Positions 7,801-16,710 of a DNA stretch of 19,628 nt are shown one piece after another. Positions within the stretch are counted from its first letter, which is position 1, and each line of letters begins with the position of its first letter. A program made the translations under genes and the position numbers. This stretch comes from Thermoanaerobaculia bacterium (GTDB lineage: Bacteria > Acidobacteriota > Thermoanaerobaculia > Multivoradales > UBA5704), in contig JBGAGQ010000089.1 of assembly GCA_044226625.1 (NCBI GenBank), positions 1 through 19,628 of the forward strand, written 5' to 3'. The notes under the pieces were generated by a model, which worked only from the letters and a program-made list of their open reading frames with translations, had not been told where the DNA came from and made no database searches.

Positions 7801-10230
7801 ATGAATCTCCTGCTCGACACCCGCCTCGCGTTTCGCTCTCTGCTCAAGCGGCCCGGTGCGGCGCTGGTCATGATTCTCACGCTCGCCCTGGGATTGGGCG
7901 CGAACGCGGCGATCTTCGGGGTGCTCGATCGGCTGGTGCTCCATCCGTTCGTCTTCCCCGAGGTGGACCGCTTGGTCCTCCTCACGGAAACGGCCGCGGG
8001 CGAGGAATTCGACAGCGCCAACGTCTCGCCGGCGAACCTGTTCGACGGCCGGCCTCAGATCGGCGGGGTGATCCAGGATCTGGTGGCCTGCGCCGGCTGG
8101 AACGCCAACCTGCTCGGGCCGGACGGACCGGAGCGGGCGATCGGGTTCCGAGTCTCGCCGCAGTTCTTCCGCACCCTGCGCGTCGAGCCCGCCCTGGGCC
8201 GCTTCTTCCTGCCGGCGAGCGAGACGGCGCCGAACCCCGCAGACGCGGACGCCGTGGTGATTGGCGACGAGCTCTGGCATCGGCTCGGAGCCGACCCCCA
8301 GATGGTGGGCAAAACGCTTTCGATCGACGGCCGCCGGCGGGTGGTGATCGGCGTCACTCGCCCGGGCTTCTCTTTTCCGGAGGGCAGCTCGGTCTGGACG
8401 ACCCTCGACTTCACCCCCGAGGAAGCCGCTCGCAGGGACGATCACTATCTGACTGCGATCGGTCGCCTCGCTTCCGGGGTGACCCTCGCCACGGCAGCTG
8501 CGCGCGTCGAGGTCGTGGCGGCGGATCTGCGCACCCGCTTTCCCGAGGCGAACGCCCACCGCGGCCTCCGGCTCCAGACCCTGGCGGAAGGATTGCGGGA
8601 TCAGGGCACCCCGTCGATCCTCGGGCTCTGGCAGGTCGCCGCGGTGTTCGTGCTCCTGATCGCCTGGGTAAACCTCGCGAACCTGATGCTCGCCCGCGGC
8701 TCGGAGCGGATGAAAGATCTCGCGCTGCTCGAAGCGCTCGGCGCCAGCCGCGCCCGCCGGATGATTCCCCTGCTCGGCGAGGGGCTCCTGGTCTCCGGGC
8801 TCGGCGCCCTGCTCTCGCTGCCGATCGCCGCGTTCGCGATCCGCCTGATGCACGACGCGATGCCGCTCTCGATCCGCAAGTTCATCTACGGGTGGGATCG
8901 GCTCGGCCTCGATGCGCGGAGTTTCGGATTTACCCTCTTCCTCGCGGCGATTTCGGTCTTCGCGTTCGCCGTCTGGCCGGCGCTCCGCTCCTCGGCCGCA
9001 CGGCTCGGCGGCATGCTCCGGCAGACCGAGCGCGGGACGACGGGGCCGGGAGCCCAGCGCGGCCGCAGCGCCCTGGTGATCGCTGAGGTCGCCGCCGGCC
9101 TCGTGCTGCTGGTCTCGGCCGGTCTCTGCGTCCGCGCCGCGAACCGGCTGATCGACGGGCCCCAAGGGTACGACCCCGACCGCCTGCTGACGATCCGGTT
9201 GGCCCTCTCCGAGGACCGTTATGCCGACGCCGCCTCGTGGCGCTCGTTCACGACCAAAGCCCTCGGCCGTCTGGCGACGGAGCCCGGGGTGGTCTCCGTC
9301 GCAGCCGCCAACGTGATGCCGGCGACCGGCAACAATGCGAGCTTCCCCGTGGCGATCGCGGGCGAGCCCGAGCCGGACCCGAGCGATCCCCCCCAGGTGG
9401 ACGGCCGGATGGTCTCCCCCGGCTACTTCGAAACGCTCGGGCTGCCGATCCTCGCGGGCCGGCCGATCGCCGCTTCCGACGGGGCGGAGACGCTTCCCGT
9501 CGCGGTGATCAGCCGGTCGATGGCGGAGCGGTTCTGGCCGGGACGCGATCCCCTGGGCAAGAAATTCCGCGCCGGAGAGAAGGGAGAGCCCTGGCTGACG
9601 GTGGTCGGGGTCGCGGGCGACCACATCCATCAATGGTTCGGCCGGAGGAACTATCCGACGTTCTGGAAGCCTCTCGAGCAGCAGCCCAGGGCTCGGCTCA
9701 CCCTCGCGATCAAAACGGCGGGCGCCCCCGAGGCGTTCGCGCGGACGGCGAGGAAGGTGCTGCGCGAGGTCGATCCCTACCAACCGGTGTTCGACGTCGG
9801 GAGCATGCGCCGCTCGATCTCGGAGTCGACGATCGGCCTCCAGTACGTGGCGGCGGTCATGGCCTCCTTCGCGCTTTTCGGCGTGCTCCTCGCCCTCTCC
9901 GGCGTCTACGCCGTGATGGCCTATCGGGTGAGTCTGCGGCGCCGGGAGATCGGCGTCCGCGTCGCGCTCGGCGCCACGCGAGGCAACGTGCTCGGGCTCA
10001 CCCTGGGTCAGGCGTTGCGTCTGACCGCGATCGGCCTCGGCGCAGGAGCGTTCCTCTCCGCCCTCGCCGGCCGGGCGATCGCTGGGCTGCTGCGCGGGGT
10101 CACCGACGTCGATCCGACGCTGATCCTCGCGGGAACTCTTCTCCTAGGGGCCGCGATGCTGCTCGCCGCGTTCGTGCCCACCCGCCGCGCGCTCGCCCTC
10201 GATCCGGCGGAGGTGCTGCGGAACGACTGA
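7801..10230 (+). CDS. ADOP-family duplicated ABC permease (MacB/FtsX-like domains twice)
   Basis: 809 aa starting DTRLAFRSLLKRPG..TLALGLGANAAIF, with VLLIAWVNLANLMLAR, RSALVIAEVA and RRREIGVRVALGA, ending DPAEVLRND. GGAGG SD 9 nt upstream. No adjacent ATPase gene. Confidence 0.9.
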   Translation: MNLLLDTRLAFRSLLKRPGAALVMILTLALGLGANAAIFGVLDRLVLHPFVFPEVDRLVLLTETAAGEEFDSANVSPANLFDGRPQIGGVIQDLVACAGWNANLLGPDGPERAIGFRVSPQFFRTLRVEPALGRFFLPASETAPNPADADAVVIGDELWHRLGADPQMVGKTLSIDGRRRVVIGVTRPGFSFPEGSSVWTTLDFTPEEAARRDDHYLTAIGRLASGVTLATAAARVEVVAADLRTRFPEANAHRGLRLQTLAEGLRDQGTPSILGLWQVAAVFVLLIAWVNLANLMLARGSERMKDLALLEALGASRARRMIPLLGEGLLVSGLGALLSLPIAAFAIRLMHDAMPLSIRKFIYGWDRLGLDARSFGFTLFLAAISVFAFAVWPALRSSAARLGGMLRQTERGTTGPGAQRGRSALVIAEVAAGLVLLVSAGLCVRAANRLIDGPQGYDPDRLLTIRLALSEDRYADAASWRSFTTKALGRLATEPGVVSVAAANVMPATGNNASFPVAIAGEPEPDPSDPPQVDGRMVSPGYFETLGLPILAGRPIAASDGAETLPVAVISRSMAERFWPGRDPLGKKFRAGEKGEPWLTVVGVAGDHIHQWFGRRNYPTFWKPLEQQPRARLTLAIKTAGAPEAFARTARKVLREVDPYQPVFDVGSMRRSISESTIGLQYVAAVMASFALFGVLLALSGVYAVMAYRVSLRRREIGVRVALGATRGNVLGLTLGQALRLTAIGLGAGAFLSALAGRAIAGLLRGVTDVDPTLILAGTLLLGAAMLLAAFVPTRRALALDPAEVLRND

Positions 10231-10256
10231 GGTTCGGATCGCCGCCTACCGGCCAA

Positions 10257-11078
10257 TCACGCTTCGAACATCGCGCTGATTTCGCGGTAGGGCACGGCTT
10301 CTTCGGCGAACGTAAAGGTGCCGCTCTCGCGCATCTCGCGGCCGGCGCGCAGAAATGCGCCGAGCGCCGCGCGGGAAAGAGCGCTCCCGACGCTCACCCG
10401 CTTGACGCCGATCTCAGACAGCTCGGCGAGCGTGAGCCGCACGCCCTGAAGGCCCATCACCACGTTGACCGGACGATCGACCGAGCGGACGATCTCGGCG
10501 ATCTCCTCGCGGCTCGACAGGCCCGGTGCGTACAGCACGTCGGCGCCCGCCTCCTGGTAGGCCTGGAGACGGGCGATCGTGTCGCCGAGATCCGGACGAC
10601 CGACCAGATAGTTTTCCGCGCGCGCGGTCAGGGTGAACGGAAAGTCGAGCGCGCGGGCCGCCTCGGCCGCGGCACGAATCCGCTCGACCGCCAAGCCGAG
10701 CGGATAGATGGGAGCGTCCATGCGCTGGGTGAAGTCCTCGATCGAGCCACCGACCAGACCGGTCGCCGCGGCCCGCCGGATCGTCTCGGCCACCGTCGCC
10801 GGATCGTCGCCGAAGCCGTGCTCCAGGTCCGCGCTCACGGGAAGATTGGTCGCCGAAGCGATCACCGCCGCGTGAGCCAGCATCTCGTCGCGGCCGGTGA
10901 GGTTGTCGCGTCGACCGACCGAGAACGAATATCCGGCGCTCGTCGTCGCGAGCGCCTCGAAACCAAGGTGCGCGAGGAGGCGGGCGGTACCCGCGTCCCA
11001 GGGATTGGGGAGGATGAACGCGCCGTCCCGTTCGTGGAGCGCGCGGAAGGCGGTGGCTTTTTCTGCCTGGGTTTGCAT
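10257..11078 (-). CDS. Isocitrate lyase / PEP mutase superfamily protein
   Basis: Motifs FRALH..PNPWDAGTARL..GFEALATTSAG, PVSADLEHGFG, GGSIED, TARAEN, AYQEAGADVLYAPG, PVNV and GVKRVSVG. Confidence 0.9.
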   Translation of the reverse strand: MQTQAEKATAFRALHERDGAFILPNPWDAGTARLLAHLGFEALATTSAGYSFSVGRRDNLTGRDEMLAHAAVIASATNLPVSADLEHGFGDDPATVAETIRRAAATGLVGGSIEDFTQRMDAPIYPLGLAVERIRAAAEAARALDFPFTLTARAENYLVGRPDLGDTIARLQAYQEAGADVLYAPGLSSREEIAEIVRSVDRPVNVVMGLQGVRLTLAELSEIGVKRVSVGSALSRAALGAFLRAGREMRESGTFTFAEEAVPYREISAMFEA

Positions 11079-11285
11079 GGGTTGAGAGCCTCCGTCGGGC
11101 GGATGCCGATCCCGGAATCACAGGATGGTAACGGAGCCGTTGCCTCGGTCGTTTCACCGTCGACCGAATCGTCATGTCTCGCCGCGATGCCTTTCGCGCG
11201 CCGCATTTGGCAGCTTGGCGACCTGAAGGGTGTCGGGGTCGTCGTTCCTTGGGCTGCCCCCACGACTCGGATCGCGGCGTGACGG

Positions 11286-11786
11286 TCAGGGCTCCGACTT
11301 TTCTCGCTCGAGCTCGGCCTGGCGCGCTCGGATCATCTCCTCCAGCTCGCTCTGGTGCGCCTTGCCGATATCCACGCCGAGGGCCGCCCCCTTCTGGAAC
11401 AGCTCGGGCAGCTTCGTCAGGGCCTTGTGGCCCGTAGGGCTCCGGTAGAAAGCGATCATGTCGCGCGTCTCGGCCTCGGTGAACGCTTCCATGTAGATCT
11501 TGACCATCTGGGGAGCCATCTCTTCCCAGGTCAGATACTTGGTCGCCCAGGCGATCAGGACGCCCCGAAAGGGCTCGATCTGCGGATTGGACGCGACTTG
11601 CGCATCGACCATCGCGGTCACTCCACCGATCATCGTCTTTTCGAGGTCCATCAGACCGAACAGCTCAACGACCGCCTGCTCGTGCGTGCTCAGCTGCCGC
11701 TCGGAAGCTTGTCCTGAAGCTTGGGCGTGGAGAGAAGCCGTCCACCAGAGGAGCGATAGCAAAACGACGAAGGACGCTTTTCTCAT
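11286..11786 (-). CDS. Exported DUF2059-like protein
   Basis: Signal peptide ending SLHA. Contains IYMEAFTEAETRDMIAFYRSPTGHK, typical of DUF2059. GGAG SD upstream. Confidence 0.8.
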   Translation of the reverse strand: MRKASFVVLLSLLWWTASLHAQASGQASERQLSTHEQAVVELFGLMDLEKTMIGGVTAMVDAQVASNPQIEPFRGVLIAWATKYLTWEEMAPQMVKIYMEAFTEAETRDMIAFYRSPTGHKALTKLPELFQKGAALGVDIGKAHQSELEEMIRARQAELEREKSEP

Positions 11787-11910
11787 AGCGGTTCTCCAGA
11801 GGTGGCCTATGAGCCCTCGATCATAGCCTGGCGCCGCAAGGTCACGAGCCCTGCTCAGCGCCTCATTGGGGCCCGATGGTTAGTTAGCCCTGCCCCAGGC
11901 TCACCGGAGC

Positions 11911-12375
11911 TCAATCGATCTCCTTCGGCAGCCGTTCGAGCAGCCCCCGCACCGTCATTCCGAATGCGGGAACGATCTCATCAGGAATCAGCTCGGCGAG
12001 CGGCTCGAGGACGAATCGGCGTTCGGCGAGGCGCGGATGGGGAAGCGAGATCTCTGGCCGGTGGGAGATTCGATCGCCGAACCAGAGCAGATCGAGGTCG
12101 AGCGGGCGGGGGCCCCAATGCTCGCCGCGGCGCCTGCCGGCCGCGAGCTCGATCCATTGGCAGAGCGCGAGCAGCGACTCGGCGTCCAACGTCGAGCGGG
12201 CGACCAGAGCGGTGTTCAGGTAATCAGGCTGGGCGATCGAGGAGATCGCCTTTGTGCGATGGATCGAGGCGACCCGGACCTCCGAGAGATGGTCGCGCAA
12301 AACGTCGAGGGCCCGTTCGAAGCAAGCTTCGACGGGCCCTACGTTGCCCCCGAGGGCGATCGCGATCCGGGGAGG
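11911..12375 (-). CDS. folK: 2-amino-4-hydroxy-6-hydroxymethyldihydropteridine pyrophosphokinase (HPPK); start codon unresolved
   Basis: Motifs QPDYLNT, RRRGEHWGPRPLDLDLL and LPHPRLAERRFVLEPLAEL. The frame continues upstream of the track's TTG (12300) as PPRIAIALGGNVG, the conserved HPPK N-terminus, with no in-frame ATG/GTG/TTG. Confidence 0.88.
   Translation of the reverse strand, partial: PPRIAIALGGNVGPVEACFERALDVLRDHLSEVRVASIHRTKAISSIAQPDYLNTALVARSTLDAESLLALCQWIELAAGRRRGEHWGPRPLDLDLLWFGDRISHRPEISLPHPRLAERRFVLEPLAELIPDEIVPAFGMTVRGLLERLPKEID
12301..12345 (-). other. Strong hairpin inside the 5' part of folK (possible attenuator/terminator)
   Basis: On the plus strand AGGGCCCGT(T)CGAAGC (12308-12323) pairs with GCTTCGACGGGCCCT (12326-12340), extended by AACGT/ACGTT. 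On the minus strand the stem ends in a short TTTT run. Confidence 0.5.
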
Positions 12376-12376
12376 A

Positions 12377-12700
12377 TTACTCCTCGTCGTCGTCGTCGAG
12401 ATCCTCTTCCTCGTCGTCCCCGCCGAGGTCGCCGCCGACCAGATCGTCGTCGATCAAATCCTCGTCGCCTCCGACGTCTCCCGGAACCTCTTCCGGCTCA
12501 TCGTCAAACCCGCGCGCCACTTCCGCTTTGCGCTTCTTGCGCGCCGCCTGGGTGGCGGCGAGTTGGGTCGAAGGAGCGGCATGGGTCTGGTTCGCGCCGC
12601 ACTTCGGGCAAATCGGCTCCGGCTTGCCCAAGTCGTAAAACTTGGTGCCGCAGCTGTAGCACTCGTGCTTGGTTCCGAGCTTGGTGGTGGTTTCAGGCAT
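12377..12700 (-). CDS. FYDLN-acid family (TIGR02300-like) zinc-ribbon protein with acidic tail
   Basis: [29 protein letters not shown] (two CxxC pairs, FYDL motif) followed by an Asp/Glu-rich C-terminus. 107 aa. Confidence 0.9.
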   Translation of the reverse strand: MPETTTKLGTKHECYSCGTKFYDLGKPEPICPKCGANQTHAAPSTQLAATQAARKKRKAEVARGFDDEPEEVPGDVGGDEDLIDDDLVGGDLGGDDEEEDLDDDDEE

Positions 12701-12744
12701 CGAGACGGATCTCCGCGCGGCGAAGCCGCGTTTTCAGGCGCGGG

Positions 12745-12773
12745 AAGCTAACATCCGCCCCGGGTGCTGTCAA
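12745..12773 (-). promoter_or_regulatory. Sigma70 promoter for the FYDLN gene (and possibly folK)
   Basis: Minus strand has a perfect TTGACA (12773-12768), a 17-nt spacer ending in TGT (extended -10 TGn), then TAGCTT (12750-12745). Confidence 0.78.
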
Positions 12774-12783
12774 CGTGGGATGA

Positions 12784-12863
12784 CTCCTCGCCGCCCGGCC
12801 CCTCCTCGAGAAGAGGGGCCGGGAGAACGAGGAGGCGAGGGTCGGAAGAGGAACCCCGACCCC
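12784..12863 (-). terminator. Hairpins downstream of rpoD (no U-tract; terminator or 3' stabiliser)
   Basis: CCCGGCCCCTC/GAGGGGCCGGG (12794-12823) lies inside an outer CTCCTCG/CGAGGAG stem. A second stem AGGGTCGG/CCGACCCT (12838-12863) abuts the stop codon. Confidence 0.45.
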
Positions 12864-14573
<1,710 letters not shown>

Positions 14574-14644
14574 AATGTGCCTCCTCGCGGCGTCTTTTCT
14601 TCGTGCGGTTCTTCCGGGGGCGCGGGATGGGCGATCCGTCCGGC

Positions 14645-16471
14645 TCAGAGATCTTCCGCACCCATCCGGGAGCTCCGGGAATGCAGAGAGCGGGCCAACC
14701 TCGTCTTCTCGGCGAGGAGCCTCTCCAAACGAACGTGGTCCCCAGCGCGCTCGGCCCGAAGGATCTCGCTCGCCAGATCTTTGAGCCGCTGCTGCTGCCA
14801 ACGGCGTACCAGTTTTTCGAGGGACCCGGAAAGCCCAGGCTTTCCAGGGGTAACGGAACTTTCTATCACGATTTGGGACAATCGGGCAATCGCCCGCTCG
14901 TCAGACCCGAGCTCGGCCCGTACCGAGCGGACATCCGGGGGGAAGCCGTTGCTTCCGGAGTACAAAGCGTGGAAAGCGCGAAAAATATTCCGGCAATCGG
15001 CATCGAGGAACGCCTCGGACGCCGGCAGCTCGGAAACCGGCGGAACCCCCTCGCCGCCGAGCAGAAAATCGAGCACCTGCTCTTCGATCGTCCGCACCAC
15101 GCGCCCCGGCCGCGGCTCCGAAACGGCGGGTCGGGGAGCAGCGGAAGCCTCGCCTCGAGCCCCCGCCGAACCGGCCGGCTCGGCGCCCAACCGCCGGGAC
15201 ATCAGCTCGGCGGGGACCTGGATCCGCTCGGCGGCGACCCGGGCGTAGCTCCAGCGCAGGATGGCGTCGGGGATCGGGCGCAGCAGCTCGGCCACCGCCG
15301 CCGCCGCTTTGGCCTGCTCGCGCGGCTCGCGCGCGCTCTCGGCCGGCGCGATCCGTTCGAGCTCCGCGACCACGGCATCGGGCGCCTCGTCGATCGCCGC
15401 CGCGACCGCCGCGATCCCCTGGACCTGACGCAAGGAATCCGGGTCGTGTCCCTCGGGGAAGCGCGCGCGGCGGACCGAGAGCCCCTCGGCGAGCAGGAAC
15501 GGCAGCGCCCGGCGGAACGCGTTTTCCCCCGCCGAGTCGCCGTCGTAGGCCACCACCACCTCCTCGGAATAGCGCTTGAGGAGTTTGGCCTGCTCGGGGG
15601 TGAGCGCCGTGCCCATTCCGGCGACCGCTCCCTCGAGCCCGCTGGCCACGGCGCCCAGGACGTCGAAATACCCCTCCACGAGGACCGCCCGGCCGGTCTC
15701 GCGGATCGCCCGTTTCGCCTGGTCGAGACCGTAGAGGAGATTTCCTTTGTGGAACGCCGCGGTCTCTGCAGTATTTACATACTTCGCCTTGTCGTCGCCC
15801 AGCGTCCGCCCGCCGAAGCCGACCAGACGCCCTGCGGCGTTCCGGATCGGGAACATCAGACGATTGCGGAAGCGGTCGTACGGATCGCCCCCCTGCCGCT
15901 CGGTGCGCTCCGGCCGGGCGATCAGGCCGGCCGCCTCGAGATCGCCGGAGGGAACCTTCGTCCGGAGCGCCTCGAACAGATTCCGCCAGCCGTCCGGCGC
16001 GTACCCCAGGCCGAAGCGCTCGATGAGCGCGAGGGGAATCTGCCGCTTCTCGAGGTACCCCCGGGCGAACGTCGACCGCTTCAGCTGCTCGACGAAAAAC
16101 TCCTGCGCCGCGCCGAGCGCCCCTTCGACGTCTCGCTCCCCCTTGCCGCCGCGCCGCTCCGGCGCCGAGGGGAGTGGGATGCCGTAGCGCCGGGCGAGCG
16201 ACTCGATCGCGGCCGGGAAATCGTCGCCGGAAAGGAGCATGTGCAGCTTGATCGCATCCCCTCCCTGCCCGCAGCCGAAGCAGTAGAACAGCCCCGGCCC
16301 GGGATCGACCCCGAAGGACGGCGACTTTTCCTTGTGCAGCGGACAGAGGCCCTGGTATCGCCGTCCCGCCTTCTGCAAACGGGTGTGCTCAGAGGCGACC
16401 GACAGGATGTCGGCCGCGTCGCGGACCGCTTGGATCAGCTGAGGCGTGAGATGGACGTTACCGAGGGACAT
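14645..16471 (-). CDS. dnaG: DNA primase
   Basis: CHC2 zinc finger [53 protein letters not shown] and [11 protein letters not shown]. Likely start ATG 16471 (alternative 16501). Confidence 0.95.
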   Translation of the reverse strand: MSLGNVHLTPQLIQAVRDAADILSVASEHTRLQKAGRRYQGLCPLHKEKSPSFGVDPGPGLFYCFGCGQGGDAIKLHMLLSGDDFPAAIESLARRYGIPLPSAPERRGGKGERDVEGALGAAQEFFVEQLKRSTFARGYLEKRQIPLALIERFGLGYAPDGWRNLFEALRTKVPSGDLEAAGLIARPERTERQGGDPYDRFRNRLMFPIRNAAGRLVGFGGRTLGDDKAKYVNTAETAAFHKGNLLYGLDQAKRAIRETGRAVLVEGYFDVLGAVASGLEGAVAGMGTALTPEQAKLLKRYSEEVVVAYDGDSAGENAFRRALPFLLAEGLSVRRARFPEGHDPDSLRQVQGIAAVAAAIDEAPDAVVAELERIAPAESAREPREQAKAAAAVAELLRPIPDAILRWSYARVAAERIQVPAELMSRRLGAEPAGSAGARGEASAAPRPAVSEPRPGRVVRTIEEQVLDFLLGGEGVPPVSELPASEAFLDADCRNIFRAFHALYSGSNGFPPDVRSVRAELGSDERAIARLSQIVIESSVTPGKPGLSGSLEKLVRRWQQQRLKDLASEILRAERAGDHVRLERLLAEKTRLARSLHSRSSRMGAEDL

Positions 16472-16569
16472 GTCGTTTCGATTTCGGGATCCGGCTCGCA
16501 TTGGGGACGTCCGCGGACGCCCGGTTCTTTACCATTCGACGAGGGCCGCGTCCGCCTCCGCGCTTCCGC

Positions 16570-16601
16570 TCCCTTCGGAGTGCTGCGGCACCCCAAAGGA
16601 A
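16570..16601. other. Intergenic hairpin between mutS2 and dnaG
   Basis: Minus strand TTCCTTTGGGGTGC-CGCA-GCACTCCGAAGGGA forms a 14-bp stem with three G-U pairs, which close only on the minus (mRNA) strand. Confidence 0.45.
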
Positions 16602-16710
16602 GGACACCTATTGGAGGACGCGAGAACCCAGCTTCCGACGCGCCTCCCGTCCCGGAAATTGAGAACGCCTCGGCACGCCGATCCGTTCCCGCCCTTTCCT
16701 ATAGGCGCGA

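Noticed and set aside
6003-11282. Long ORFs of 672, 802, 433 and 681 aa overlapping the VWA, ADOP and ICL-family genes
   Set aside because: Antisense or frame-shifted shadows caused by codon bias, with no motifs.
11079-11285. Possible riboswitch upstream of the ICL/PEP-mutase gene
   Set aside because: It contains small hairpins (TCGGTCG/CGACCGA and GGCAACGG/CCGTTACC) but no aptamer consensus I recognise. An Rfam scan would be needed.
11787-11910. Integron attC-like site (GTTAG/CTAAC words) near the DUF2059 gene
   Set aside because: No paired RYYYAAC...GTTRRRY boxes with an internal palindrome, and no integrase.
14574-14801. 76-aa N-terminal extension of RpoD
   Set aside because: It overlaps the dnaG 3' end and is low-complexity. 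The SD plus TTG at 14573 explains the start better.
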